This document shows, piece after piece, positions 38,901 to 52,928 of a stretch of 64,000 bases of DNA (position 1 is the first letter of the stretch; the number at the start of each line of letters is the position of its first letter). The stretch is taken from assembly GCA_951406725.2 (NCBI GenBank), contig OX597818.1, forward strand, positions 107,818,001 to 107,882,000, in the 5' to 3' direction. Source of the DNA: Octopus vulgaris (lineage: Eukaryota). A program made the translations under genes and the position numbers. Below the pieces are notes generated by a model. That model worked only from the letters and a program-made list of their open reading frames with translations, was not told the DNA's origin and ran no database searches.

Positions 38901-39404
38901 AGGACACATTTTTATACTTCAAAACTTATGGGGTGGTCACATCTGGAACACGTTTTGTCATAGATTTGCTCAGTCAGGTTTGACGTGGAGCTAAAAGAAG
39001 CAAGACAGAATTTTCGATTTCAGTTGTGTAGTATATTCTTGGACGCAGTCTCCATCTTATGAAATGTCGATGACTCATGATAAAACACTTATAGCATTGA
39101 ACATCATCATAAATCATGAATTATCTAAGAGGCAATTCACACAGCAGCCATTAAGACTAAATATACCCTGGACAACTATTTTGTGTGTACTTCACATTAA
39201 GTGTTTCCCCTCCACCATTGCTAAATGATGGGCCAATGAGAGGGTCTCTACATGATTACAAAACCGGCTAGAAATAACAGTCAAATCACCTTCACATATC
39301 ACTTCCCTATTTTGAATAATTAAGAAACAAATGTATTGTGTAATCTAATGTAGTCCTAGATACACTATGACAGAAAGGAACAATAATATTGTCACAGCTG
39401 GAAC

Positions 39405-39565
39405 TTCTAGCATAGCTAGGGGTGGCAGAGGCGGTCTACTCTGGGCTGCACTTTTAAAGGGGCATCACTTCTGAGTCTGCTGTAGGCAATATGTGTTTTT
39501 GTGGGGTCTGGGGGCGGCAAACGGAAGGGTCACCCTAGGCAGCACACACTCTAGCAATGCTAGTG
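39405..39565. mobile_element. hAT-type MITE inserted in an older repeat
   Basis: 8-bp TSD GCTGGAAC at 39397-404 and 39566-73; imperfect TIR ctagcatagctag / ctagcaatgctag. Confidence 0.8.
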
Positions 39566-41200
39566 GCTGGAACGTCTTTGATCATTGGTCTACTCGATCA
39601 GGTCTGACCCGGGGCTAACTAACAGTAACAACAACAGCAACAACAACTTGCTAATGACCAGTTAATTCTTATACTAATTTGCAAGTTAACACAAACTCTA
39701 TACAACATGAAACCAAAGACTGAAAAAGCTGTCTTCTAATTAGAAAAATTACTTGAGATCTCTATTGGAAACATTTTGGAGTCGTCTCTATTGGCATTAA
39801 TTACCAGAACTTCTGTAATATTCCTGTGTTGCTATGGTAATTTGTTGCAAGATTGAAATATTAATAAATGTCTTTTACTTATTAAGGAAAATGGTGAGGT
39901 ATTATATTTTAGCTTTTTCTATTTTTAATTCTTTAACTCTTGGCTTTTTTTTTTATTATTTTCAAATTTTCTTTCTGTATCTTGTATAACACTTCCTTCA
40001 GAAATGTTATTAAAGCAAAGAACAGCATTGGTTTACTTTGAGGAGGAGGTAGGGGAAGAGATGGAGGAGAAGAGGCAACCTAAGTGTGTGTGTGTGTGTA
40101 TGTGTGGGAGTATGTACATGCATGCATGTGTTTACACACGTGTAAGTGTATGTATCTCTTTAGATATGTGTATGTATGCGTGTAAATGTGTATCTGTGCA
40201 TGTGTGTGTGTGCATGTGTTTATATGTGTGTGCATATATATATATATGTCTGTGTATATATGTATATAGATCTGTATATTTATGTGTGCATGCATGTGTG
40301 TGTATATGTGCAGATGTGTGTATGTGTATATACATGTGTATGAGTGTGTGTGTGTATGTATCTGTGTGTGTATGCAAGTGTGTATGTGTGCGTGTGCATG
40401 TTTGTGTGTGCTTATGTGTTTATATGTATATATGTGTATGTGCACATCTGCATATATGTGTGTGTGTATATATATATATACATATATATATGTCTGTGTA
40501 TATATGACTATAGATCTGTATATGTACCTGCATGCTTGTATATATATATATATATATGTGTGTGTGCATGGATGTATGTGTGTGTGTGTACAGATGCAGA
40601 TGTGTGTATGTCTATATATATGTGTGTATGAGCGTGCGTGTATGTATGTGTGTGTGCATGTGCATGCATGTGTATATGTATGTGTGTGTGTATGCGCATG
40701 CACGCATGTTAATCATTATCCGAGTGAGACATAAATTTATTGCTGAAGTTTTTTTGTTTTCTTCAATGATTTCTTTCAAAATATATTTGAATTGAAATAA
40801 GTAACCATTTCACCTCTGACTTTCTATTAATTCTTGTGAAATATTTTGGCCAACTTGCTTCCCCCACCCCCACCCCCACTGTCTGTACCCCACTCACTAT
40901 TCTGGTTGTCTGGATGTAATTGAAATGTCATCATCCTAGCTTTATTTATTCTACACCTCTAACTACCATCTTATGACAGTGTGAGAGATGAAAGGTGACT
41001 CTACAGTGGCTACTCAATGTCCTAGAAATAACAGCCAAATTCCCTTCAAAACACACCTAATTGTTATAAATAAGAAAGTACATATCAAGTGGCCTTACAG
41101 TTGGTTTGCCTTTGATTCTAGCTTTGCTTGACCAGAGGTGGCTTTAGGCTTGACAGCAACAACTACACCAACACCAACTGAGGGATACATTAGATACCTT

Positions 41201-41434
41201 AGGTGGTGGGAGCTGGCAGAAACATTAGCATGCCGGATGAAATGCATAGCCATATTTTGTCTGCCGTTACGTTCTGAGTTCAAATTCCGCCGAGGTCAAC
41301 TTTGCCTTTCATCCATTCGGGGTCAATTAAATAAGTACCAGTTACACACTGGAGTCGATGTAATCGACTTAATCCCCTTGCCTGTCCTTGTTTATCCTCT
41401 TTGTGTTTAGCCCCTTGTGGGTAGTAAAGAAATA
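41201..41434 (+). mobile_element. SINE family B, full length
   Basis: gagctggcagaaac...gagttcaaattcc (B box)...gcctttcatcc..ggggtc...ccccttgtgggtagtaaagaaata. Confidence 0.9.
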
Positions 41435-42785
41435 TACATTAGATAGTTTCATCTTAAAGACCCCCATCACTGACTAAAAAGTCAGGTGGCCTTCACTTCA
41501 AAGCCTTTGATCATAGATCTACTCTGCTAAGATTTTAGAAATGGAAGAAATCAAGATAGACCATTCTAAGCCATAAGCTACAACCAAAAATTTAAAACTA
41601 AATATGTATGTATTCAGAAAGAGATTGAGTTTCTCATTAGAAAATAAGTTATTGAGCAAATAGACTTTTGGTAAATTTCTGGTAGAGCCTATATAATAAC
41701 TGTGTGAATTCTGAGTTCATAAATACAATTATTTGTCACATTATATATCACAGTCTACTCTGCTAAGTGGTTGGTGTTAGGAAGGGCATCCAGCTGTAAA
41801 AATCCTGCCAAAACAGTTAGAGAAGTCTGGTGCAGGTTCCTGCTTGGCTGGCTCTTATCAAACTGTCCCACCCATGCCAGCATGGAAAATGGATGTTAAA
41901 TGATGATGCTGAGGAATTCTGCCTTCATAGGCAATGATGCTTATTATGCTTATAATTACTCTTTGTGGGCAATTATCAGTTACACTACAGTTACATCCCA
42001 ACATTTCATCTTTATTCAAATGTTTATTAGCAAGTAAGTTGCCATTTAGTTTTCTTATCTGTTAATATTTGATACCAGCAATTTTTGCACATTTACTTTT
42101 ATAATTTATTTAATATTATTATAATAACTAAATACTGACTTACTGGTTCGACTAATTCTGTGAATTTTTAAATAAGTAAAATTATTCCTTCTCACTTTTG
42201 GAAGTTTTGCTAGAATTCAACTTCTCTAAGGAAAAGGGAAACAAGTTACCAAAATCTGGATTTAAATTAAGACTTCCAAGATTGTTAATAGTAGTATAGT
42301 AGAGTTTACAAGTGGATCAACCAATAGCTTCCCAGATTCTAGGCCAGGATTCAAAACTGTATCTACATTTTCCTACAAGTTCTCTTTCAACTGTTCTTAC
42401 TTTTTTGCACTTGGAAATTTATGAGGCCAACTGTCACTCTTAGTTAGGTTCTATTGATCAAAGTAACATTCTTGGGTTAAATACAGTTCAAGAGAGATAA
42501 ACTCATTATTTTCCATTGTTCTCTGACCTATATCCAGTTTTCTTAGCTTATATAAATACAGTGACCAAATCCAGTTTCTTCCTGTTATTTATTCAGTACA
42601 TACCATCATTACACAAGTATTAGATGCTGCTATAATAGAAGACCATAATAATTTGGCAGTTGACACATTAAAACATTTTGTGGTATTTATGCTGAGGGGA
42701 GAACTTACATTTGAGCATATTTTGATATTCGGCACTGAGTTGTTTTTTCACTTTCATGAAGAATTGAATATTATACCATGCAATT

Positions 42786-42939
42786 TTTTACATATTTACA
42801 TTTGACGGATATTTGTCCTCATCGTGTTAGTTGGGGACTCAACGTTTTGGTTGATATACCCTCCAGCCTTCTTCAGGAGTCTTGGGAAAATTTCAAACCT
42901 GGGTTCTCATTCCAAAGGTATTTTTCGATCTTATTATTA

Positions 42940-43015
<76 letters not shown>

Positions 43016-43322
43016 CATCATCATTATTATTATCATTATTCAGGTCACTGCTATATGCCTGTCGGCATATGGCTTAGTGGTTAAAAGCGTGGGTTACTAA
43101 TCCCAAGATTCCGAATTCGATTTCAGACAGTGACCTGAATAATAATAATAATCATAATAATAATAACATCGAAAAATGCCTTTGGAATGAGAACCCAGGT
43201 TCGAAATTTCCCCAAGGCACCTGATGAAGGATGGAGAGTAAATCAGCCGAAACTCTATGTTAACAACAAACAAGATGAGGACAAATATCTGTCAAATGTA
43301 AATAATGTAAATAATGTACATA
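42786..43322. mobile_element. Head-to-head palindromic tRNA-headed SINE carrying a minimal hammerhead motif in each arm
   Basis: Arms are reverse complements about 43061; right arm has A/B boxes (43070-43125), (AAT)n, CTGATGA at 43221-27 and GAAAC at 43249-53; left-arm HHR at 42836-42881. Confidence 0.75.
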
Positions 43323-43954
43323 ACTCCTCATCTCTTTGAAATTTGAAATTCTGAGATATTTCTAAGTAGGCCATTTATAATACATTTTGGATTGAGAGAA
43401 TTCTTCTTCATATGCTGAAATTTTTCCTTCATTTTTAATTCATAAAAAAATTTAGAGAGATTTTCTTAGTTCTTCTAAATAAGACCAAAAGTAAATCAAG
43501 GCTTGTAAAAAGAGAGTGATCATGATATAATCCTCAGCCAAAGTCCAGAATTTTTTAAATTTGATTTCTGATGAATAAAACTTATCAAATCATTTATCTG
43601 AGCTGATTTGGAAGAGCTCTGAATAATATCCAAATTATCATGTCTCGATATTCTAGAGCAGTAATGATCCATGAAGACCAATGTATTCCAGCAATTATGT
43701 TTATATCTCCAACTGTTAAATCATAATTTCTTTCTAGTGAAAACGAGCACCTCATTTTGGAGATACAAAAGAATAACAACTAATTACTCTTAAAGTTTAA
43801 GGTGGAAGGTTTTATATTATTCAGTAATCCCAGAAACCATTCAATGATATCCCATAGAATTATCCTAACAAAATTATTTAATATATTTTGCTACTTCCAG
43901 CATTATATATATATATTTATTTATTCCGTGTCTTAGTGCATCTACACAATCCTA

Positions 43955-43998
<44 letters not shown>

Positions 43999-44079
43999 GC
44001 ATAGATACACACATACATACCTATCTATCTATCTATCTATCTATATCTATCTATTTCTATCTATCTATCTTTCTATCTA

Positions 44080-44174
<95 letters not shown>

Positions 44175-45007
44175 CTCTATCCAGGCTTCCTGGACAGTGC
44201 CTCAGCTAGCAAGCTCCTGTCAAACCATCCAACCCATGCCAGCATGGAACATGGACATTAAATGATAGCAACGATGATGATGATGGAGTTAACATGTGTA
44301 GATACATACATACATGTGTGTATGAATGTGTGTTTGTGTGTGTGTGTATCTTTCTCTCTTTCTCTCCCTCTCTCTTCTATGTTACTAGTTTTGTTCTTCA
44401 TTCTCCTCTCCGACTATCTAAAAGATTTCTGATTCCTAATTCAATATAAACACTTTATCCAAATGTAAATTTTCTATTTTTCTATTGTGTGTCTGAGCAA
44501 TCTTTAATAGGAGATAACTTACATATTTTCCTCTACATGGACATTTTTGTAACTCCTACTACCAATTGAAACACATGTAATGGTGAATAAATAACTCCGA
44601 AAATTTTTCTAATCTGCTTTCTTATATATGATTATATATATATGTACATTTGTGTGTGTGTGTATTAACTGGAGGTTTCATGTACTAAGGTCCTCTCGCA
44701 TAGAACCATCGTTTGGATAAAAGATTTCTCTCCTCTTCTTGCTTGCCACTAAATCGCTAATTATGGATACCAAGAATGTGACATATGCGTCATACAAGTG
44801 TATATCCCTTGAATCAAGCGAAATACTGGCATCTTAATGAGATGGCTGCCATCTGATAAGATAAAGCAATACACACATATATAAATATATATACACACAC
44901 ACACACACACATATATATATGCTCATATATATATATATATCATTTTCATATATATGTATGCATATATATGTGTGTGTGTCTGTACATGTATGTGTGTGTG
45001 AGTGTAT

Positions 45008-45082
<75 letters not shown>

Positions 45083-46779
45083 TATAAATATGCATATATA
45101 TATATATATATATATATAAATATACATATATATATATATATATTTACATGATACTCACAAACAATGATTGCATACATAGCATATTAACATATGAAAATAC
45201 AGTTACATATAGATACACAGACATATGTGCATAAAAATACACATACATACATGCATTATATACAGTCCAGATAATATACATACATACATACGTATATGTT
45301 GAGAGAGATTTAGTAAAACACTTGTTTTAGTAAAGCAACTTCCCTGAAGATATTGCCAGACTCTGGCTGAAGAGAAGGAAGCAGAGGTTGGTGGTGGTGG
45401 GGAGGGAAAGATTTCAGATAACAAAAGGATGAAGTATTGGTGGATGGTGAATTCACTATTGAAGAGCAGAAGCAATGCATCTGGGACTGGGCAAGTTGTA
45501 GAGATGCAGGAATGACCAGTAGTAGACTGCAGATTTGAATTGTATCCTCTGTGGATGTTAGGCACTGGATCAATACTTCAGAAGTTTAATTTGGCAACAA
45601 AAGAAGTGTTTTTGTTTCTTTGTAGACTGAGAGCTTTGAGAATAGTTCCATGGGGTGGGGAAATGGTGGAAGAAGGTGGGCGGGGGTTCGTGGCGAAGGC
45701 GGTGATGGTTGTAGAAGTGGGGATAATGAAGGGGACGGACAGAGGTGGCAGTTGAGTTGGTAGTGTTTGTTGTGGTTGTAATGATGTTGTTGATGACAAT
45801 GATGGTGATGATGATGATGATGACAACAATGATAATGACAATGATGATTATGATGGTTGTGATGATGGTGGTGGTGTTGGTGGTGATAATGATGTGGATG
45901 ATGATAATACAAGTAGTTTTGAATATTGGATTTTTGTGGTAGTTTTGGTGAATCACATGAGCCATGTTGGTTATGATGCTGGTGGTGGTGATGATGGTGG
46001 TTGCAGAAGATTTTATTACATTGATCTATCAGTCTTATGATCAAAGGCATTCCAACCATGAGCATCCCACCTTCCTGTATACACAGAACTACATTTTTCA
46101 GTGTTTTCTTCATTCTTCGAGTGTGATCTGAAGGAATTTGACTGCTATATTTAGCACATTGAATATCCACATAGGTAAGACTTTATTAGATGGTGGTGAT
46201 GGTGGTGCAGATGAAGGATCCTGATGATGACGGTGGTGGTGGTGGTGGTAGTAGTAGCAGTAACAGCAGCAGGTATTGTTGTAGAGGTTGTTGTGTTGGT
46301 AAGATATTGGTTTTAATGGAAAATCAGCAAGGATGTGGTAGGAACTTTAGGTAGTGTTTGGGTTATAGCTCTGTTGATGATGATGATGATGGTAGCTGAG
46401 TTGAAGAACACAAGAGAAAGGGATGAAATAATTGCCAAAATGCATTTTGTCCAATGTTTTATTTATTATTTAATTATTATTACCAATAATTATAATAATG
46501 ATTTCAAATTTTGGCACAAGACCAGCAATTTAGAGGGAGGGGTAAGTCAATTACATCAACCCCAGAGAACCATGAAGTTCAGATTAATACAGTTAACAAT
46601 GCATCTTTGAATGGGTGACCCCCATCGTTTACATTATCTTTATCCTGGGCCAATTCTGTTTGTGTTCCACTCATTCTTGGTGCAGTTACCATAAGTGGAA
46701 CTTGCTTAGGAGGTGCAAACCCAGGCACAAGTTCAACAGCTTTTACAAATGAGGTCGATTTTTTGCAATCTTGATGTAA

Positions 46780-47262
46780 AAAAAATAGTGCTACATAAAA
46801 TGCTTCCATGTTGGTGCCATGTAGAAAGTGGTTGGGGTTATGAAAGACATCTAATGGTAGAAACCATGCCAAAAGAGACAATTGGAGTCTGGCGCAGCTC
46901 TCTGGCTTGCCAGTTCTTGTCAAACTGTCCAACCCATGCCAGCATGAAAAGCAGAAGTTTAATGATGATGATGGGTCGTGGGTCGTTGCCAGTGCCACCT
47001 GACTTCCACCCCATGCCGGTAGCATGTAAAAAGCACCATCTGAACGTGGCCAATGCCAGTGCTGCTTGACTGGCTCCTGTGCCGGTGGCATATAAAAAGC
47101 ACCCACTACACTCTCAGAGTGGTTGGCATTAGAAAGGGCATCCAGCTGTAGAAACATTGCCAGATCAGATTGGAGCCTGGTGTGGCCTCCTGGCTTGCCA
47201 GTCCTCAGTCAAACCGTCCAGCCCATGCCAGCATAGAAAACGGACGTTCAATGATGATGATG
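46780..47262 (+). mobile_element. Two tandem family C repeats (46780-46972, 46975-47262)
   Basis: Each ends ccatgccagcat...aatgatgatg. Confidence 0.85.
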
Positions 47263-47509
47263 GCATCTACAATTATTGTTACAATTTGACATTGGCAAGA
47301 TTTGACCCCAGGAGGCAAAGAGCCAAAATTATTACCTCAAGGTTTTTTATTCAATTCTAATAATTCTGCCAGAAACATGGCACTTGTGCATAGTACGAGG
47401 TGCATACTGAAAGAAGTCTCATTCTGCTCTATTCTAAACTGCCTTTCAGTAAATTCTCTTTTGCAGAGAACCTCTTTCTCCACACTCCCTTTCTTCAGGT
47501 ATAAGTTAA

Positions 47510-47833
47510 TCCTTTAGTATTCAGATTCTTCTGCCGATTGCAATGCTTATTTATTCCTCTTGTTTGGAATTAATCAGGCAAATATATCATAGTTTTAAAA
47601 ATTTTGATGATGTAATTGCTTATTGTTTTGAATGACATTGTCAGATAAGTGTGAGACAGTTTTAATATTGAATTAATATTGAACAGGTTGAATATTATCA
47701 GCTAGAGACGAAGATCTCCTGGGGCTAAAAGCTTCAGTAACACCCACCCTTAATGGTTAGCCATATTGAGATGGCTAGTATACTTTAGGTTGAATATTGT
47801 GAGCCAGATATGGTCTGTTTAAATGCTGAAGGA
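47510..47833. mobile_element. piggyBac-type MITE (second family), diverged
   Basis: TTAA flanks; ends match 27338-27527 in reverse orientation. Confidence 0.6.
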
Positions 47834-49413
47834 TTAAAGATGATGAATTCTTGGCCAAAGAGACAAGTGTCTGACTCGAGTCATTTCAATCTTGTCCATT
47901 TTACAATATTTTTTTTGCCATGCCCACCAATCAGAGGAAAACTGCTTGTTGTTCCCAATGAAAGGAATGTGAGATGATCCTGATGACAGAATTCAGCTCG
48001 TAGTTAGTTTCATCCTACATTCTACAGCAGTTGTTTGACCCATCAAGTAATATATGAGCAACGGATGAATGCATGCAGCAAGATTTCATTATACCACATG
48101 AGCGTCAGATAAACGTGACTGAAAGAACAACGGAGCCTCTGTAGACTTCTTCCCTAAGCAGCAATGTCTCTTGATAGCATTGTAAGGTGAAGCATTCTGG
48201 GAGTTTCCAGCTGTCCTCAAGCTGAAAATTAGAATAACAAAACAGTCAAATACTCTAATGACATTATTGTTTTGAAAAGTATTCGTTAATGTCCATGAAT
48301 AAGAAATCGCTATCACGAAGAAAATATTAAAAAATGCCTCCTGTAGATTCATACAGATACTTGATCGTATTTCTGCATCTTTTTATTCATTCATACTCCG
48401 TTCATATATCTGCTTGTCTGTCTGACTGTCTCTCTCTTTCTCTTCACCCTTCCTCTCTCTCTCTCTCTTTCTCTCCTTTTCTCTTTTTCTCCCTTTACAC
48501 ACACACACACACCTATACACATAGTTACATACACTTTAGTGTGTTTGTGTGTGTGTGCGCGTGTGTATAACTCCATCTGTCTGTCTATACACACAGGTAA
48601 ATGCCTGTAGCATAGCAGAGACGGGTGAAAAGACAAGTAATTCCATCAGTTGTTCACATGAGATGATAAATCTAGATGTGCAATGCTTCCAATGGGCTTT
48701 CAACCATCAACCATTGTTTTTACATTGTCAAGCATTCTGCAATTCCAGTGAAAATTAATGAGCCATCATCGCACGATGAGACCTCTCTCAGAACTGATTA
48801 GCAATAATAAGAATACTTTTAGACAACCATTATCAATTTTCTCTGGAAATTCTTTAATCAAAAGTTGAATGAATTTATATGAGAATTCTATACTATTGAA
48901 AATTCGAGCTTTCTTCCTTTCCTTCCTTTTCTATTTTTCCTTTTTCATTTAGCATTTCTTTTGTATAACTTTAAAAAAAAATTGATATTTATTTTTAAAA
49001 GATTTTATCAAATCTCCATTACTGTAGACTTTCTCCTTTTCTCTCTTCCCCTCTCACTCTCACTCCCCCCCCCTCTCTCTCTCTCTCAACCAAATACTAA
49101 ATGACTCTGTATGTCCCTTGTATCTTTTTTTTTTGTTCTCCTCCATAATTCAGGTTAAAGAAAAATAAAAACTTGAAGAAAGAAAGAAAAATTTTATTAG
49201 TAACTCAATAGACTTTTCATTTTAGCCAATCATATTTCAATAACTTACATTTTCAGTAGATGAAATGGAGATTAATCTCAAACTCACCCCAACATCTTTT
49301 ACTACTTCTCAAAAGCTGAAATAGCTATGGGCTTGTCCCTTTACTTGAAAATAAAACAAGACCAATCAAAAACACATTAACTTTAACTTATTATTATTAT
49401 CACTATCATCATT

Positions 49414-49448
<35 letters not shown>

Positions 49449-49844
49449 TACTATTATTATTAGTATTAGTATTATTATTATTATCTCCATTATGGCAAAG
49501 CCTAAAATAAGAACAATCACTTCTAATTCTCCTCAAATTAAAAAAAAAATAACAGAATTATGAACCAGATGGATTATTTTGCTATATTTTTGCTACAGTC
49601 AACATTCCAGTTTGAAGTATTTTATTTATTCTTGTATTTCAAGTTCTACATCTAAATATTTTGCCAAATCTTAAGATACTGTTTCAGGTTTGACAATAGC
49701 CTGGCCCATCAAACATTATGTTAATCCATTCAATTCTAATCTCTCACCAAATCCCAAACAATGCAAAATAACAGTTTTTGCTTTGACAAATTTCTTACTG
49801 ATCACCTCGGAAATTTACAAAATTCACTCAGAAATGGTAAGTTA

Positions 49845-50014
49845 CCTTGGCACAGGCATGGTAAGAAATCGACTTTCCAGCCACATGGTTCTCAGTTCAG
49901 TCCCACTGCATGACACCATGGGCAAGTGTCCACTAGTATTACCTTGGGCTGACCAAAGCCTTGTGAGTGGATTTGGAAGATGGAAACTGAAAGAAGCCTC
50001 TCATATGTGTGTGT

Positions 50015-50067
<53 letters not shown>

Positions 50068-50232
50068 TATGTGTGTGTTTGACAACCAGTGTTAATGTAT
50101 TTACATCCCTGTAACTTAGCAGTTCAGCAAATAGAATAAATACCAGGCTTAAAAACTAAAGATCCTTCATTTTGGTGCCCCAGCATGGCCACAATCTAAT
50201 GACAGAAACAAGTAAAAGCTAAAAGCTAAAAG
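49845..50232 (+). mobile_element. SINE family A, diverged
   Basis: ccacatggttctcagttcagtcccactgc...gaccaaagccttgtgagtgg...ccagcatggcc. Confidence 0.8.
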
Positions 50233-51559
50233 CTCAATTGAGGTCATGCAGTGCAGAGTAAGATTTGTGATAACTCTGGACATGCTTTGGTTTCATTTGA
50301 CCATGTCCTTGGTCTCACCTACATTTGCTGGTCATCTTGGCTGATTGAAAGACAGCAAAGAATTGGAATGACTAACTCCTGACTAGGAATCAGATACAAC
50401 TGAGACTCACAACTCACCTTTGCAGGTACCAGCAGCATCCTTTTTGGTTTGACTTAGCTGATAATTCTGAGATCAAATCTACTCAAATCAAAGGCAGAGG
50501 TTCCCGACCATTTTTTTCTATGGATCCCCTCGATTCCTGTTTTACTCGGATGGAACCTTATAACCATTGAGTGTTTAAAATCTCTTATTATATTTTTGTA
50601 AATGAAATATTATTAGGAACTGGATTCATAAAACAATTAAAATATTTCGTGTACTGTAGAGGTATAACCAATTTATTGCAATTTGCTGCAGATAAATTTT
50701 AATGACAAAATCTTAAATGGACCCCCAAGGGTCATAAGAACTTTGGTTGAAAGCTGTTGGTTTGAGAGGAATTATATCTCAATGGATGGCAGTGTGGAAG
50801 TTAAGGTAATTCTCAGTATACCGTGTCTGTAATACATGACAGGACATCACTTGTTATTAAGAAACATACACAGAATTCTGTAATGCCAGATCTCGTCCAA
50901 ATTTGGTTTAATAAAGTGACATCCTCAACACTTCAGATTCACCCCCAGATCTTTCATAATACAACCATCTTTTCACTGAATCACAACAAGTGAATAGATG
51001 TATGAATAAATGAATAAATTAATTAATCACCTATGGAAGTCTTTCAATGGTTTTGTAATGAAAGAATTTATGTTTTTGCTGTATGTCATGTATTTGTCTG
51101 GTTTGCTATGTTAACATCTTGTAGTTAATATCCAGATGCATTACCAAATCTTAATTATCTTATAACATTATTCAATCAGACAATTTTTTCAATATTTCAA
51201 GTCAGAGGCAGAATTTACAAACAAGGCCCACAACTAATTTATGTCACCATTGCCATCCCATAATTCCTTAATCTCTATAGAAGTTTCAAACCTTATGATA
51301 CCAATACATAGTGTTCCTGAGTAATTAACATCAAGATGAAAGCTCGCTATTTCAGTGCACATATCAAAGTCAAAGAGCTGCAGAATAGGGAATGGGTAGG
51401 GAGTTGCTTTCAAAATTAACAGGTTCCATAGTTTTGCTAATCCTGTTCAAATGTAGAATCGACAGGATCCTATCCATTGCATTCTGTGAGTGTTGCTTTC
51501 TCTATTTAGGTTGAAATAATTTTGCATCCTTTAACACTGTCACTTCTCTTGCTTGCTTC

Positions 51560-51884
51560 CGTTCCCTCTTTCAGCTGACAGGTCCTTGTCTTGCAAGCTA
51601 CATGGTGACCCCACTGGTGCTGGCACCACATAAAACGCACCCATGTTGGCACCATATAAAATGCACCTGAGCCGGTGTCACGTAAAAAGCTCCTCTGCTG
51701 GTGAGACATAAAATGCCACCAATACTTTGCAAAGTGGTTGGCATTAGGAAGGGCATCCAGCCATAGAAACCATACTACAACAGGCAATTAAAGTCTTGTG
51801 CAGCTCTTTGATTTGTCAGCTCCTGTCAAACTGTCCAACCCATGCCAGCATGGAAAACAGACATTAAATGATGATGATGATGAT
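51560..51884 (+). mobile_element. Family C repeat (variant 5' part)
   Basis: ggttggcattaggaagggcatccagc...aaatgatgatg. Confidence 0.8.
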
Positions 51885-52345
51885 CATCATCATCATTGTT
51901 CGACCGTGGTCGAGACAATGGAATTTACCATGCTACGCCAGACTTCACGGTCCATCATGGCATTACGGAGGTCCTGTTGCTGGATGCCTGTATCCCTGGA
52001 GATTACATCAGGGTAGGAGAGTGTGCGCCCTCTGGTATTGCGAGTAGATGGCTTCCAGAGGAGAAGAGTAGAAATTACTTCTTTTTCAGCTCTACAACAA
52101 TGTCCAGCAAACTGGACTCTCCTACCTTTCACAAGAGATGACACAGATGGTAGTTTCCTATATATTTGCATTTTGGTTGGATGGCGCTTCCACGAGAGAT
52201 TTTGAGCTCTCATAAGGAGGCGAGTGTAGGTTCCATCCAACCGCCTCTCAAGCTTCTTTGATAACATACAGGTTTCTGAGCCATATAGTAGAATTGGTTC
52301 GACTGTGGCTTTGAATATTTCAAGTTTGAAGTCTCTACTTAGATT
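51885..52345 (-). mobile_element. RTE-clade LINE 3' end (second family), frame intact, (TGA)n tail
   Basis: KLEIFKATVEPILLYGSET..L..LDGTYTRLL..SWKRH..RRVQFAGHC..W..DREVWR*. Confidence 0.9.
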
Positions 52346-52394
52346 TGATGACCAGATCTTATGATGAAGAGTGAAGAAAAGAGCAGGTGGTTCT

Positions 52395-52610
52395 TCATCA
52401 TCATTATCATTAAATGTCCGTTTTCCATGCTGGCATGGGTTGGACAGTTTGACAGGAGATGGCTAGGCAGAAGACTACATCGAGCTCTGCTGCCTGTTTT
52501 GGTATGGCTTCTATGGCCTGTTTTGGTATGCCCTTTCTAATGCCAACCACTTTACAGAGTGTATTGGATACTTCTTTCATGCTACCAGCACCAGTGAAAT
52601 TCCCAAGGAA
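52395..52610 (-). mobile_element. Family C repeat
   Basis: Conserved tail; another minus-strand copy lies at 53200-53415. Confidence 0.8.
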
Positions 52611-52717
52611 CTTACGAGACAGAAAAAGAAGAGCAAATAAAAAGGAAATTGAAAATGTTCCTGCTACAAAATGGCTGGCAGTGAGTGTCTGAGAGTGTGA
52701 GATGGCTTTTCGCTGGA

Positions 52718-52928
52718 TATTCTTTTCTACTCTAGGCACAAGGCCCGAAATTTTGGGGGAGGGGGCCAGTCAATTAGATCGACTCCAGTGCACAACTGGT
52801 ACTTAATTTATCGACCCCAAAAGGATGAAAGGCAAAGTCAGCCTTGGCCAAATTTCAACTCAGAACGTAACAGCAGGCAAAATATTGCTAAGCATTTCAC
52901 CTGGCTAACATTTCTGCCAGCTCACCAT
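52718..52928 (-). mobile_element. SINE family B
   Basis: ggtacttaatttatcgaccccaaaggatgaaaggcaaagtc core. Confidence 0.85.

Noticed and set aside
44490-44580. GAAACACATGTA with upstream ctgagcaa, possible hammerhead relic
   Set aside because: CUGANGA is broken and stems cannot be assigned
46579-46775. Protein-like tail of ORF 46579-47157 (VKAVELVPGFAPPKQVPLMV...)
   Set aside because: Most of the ORF is family C repeat; the unique part has no recognisable domain or clear splice sites
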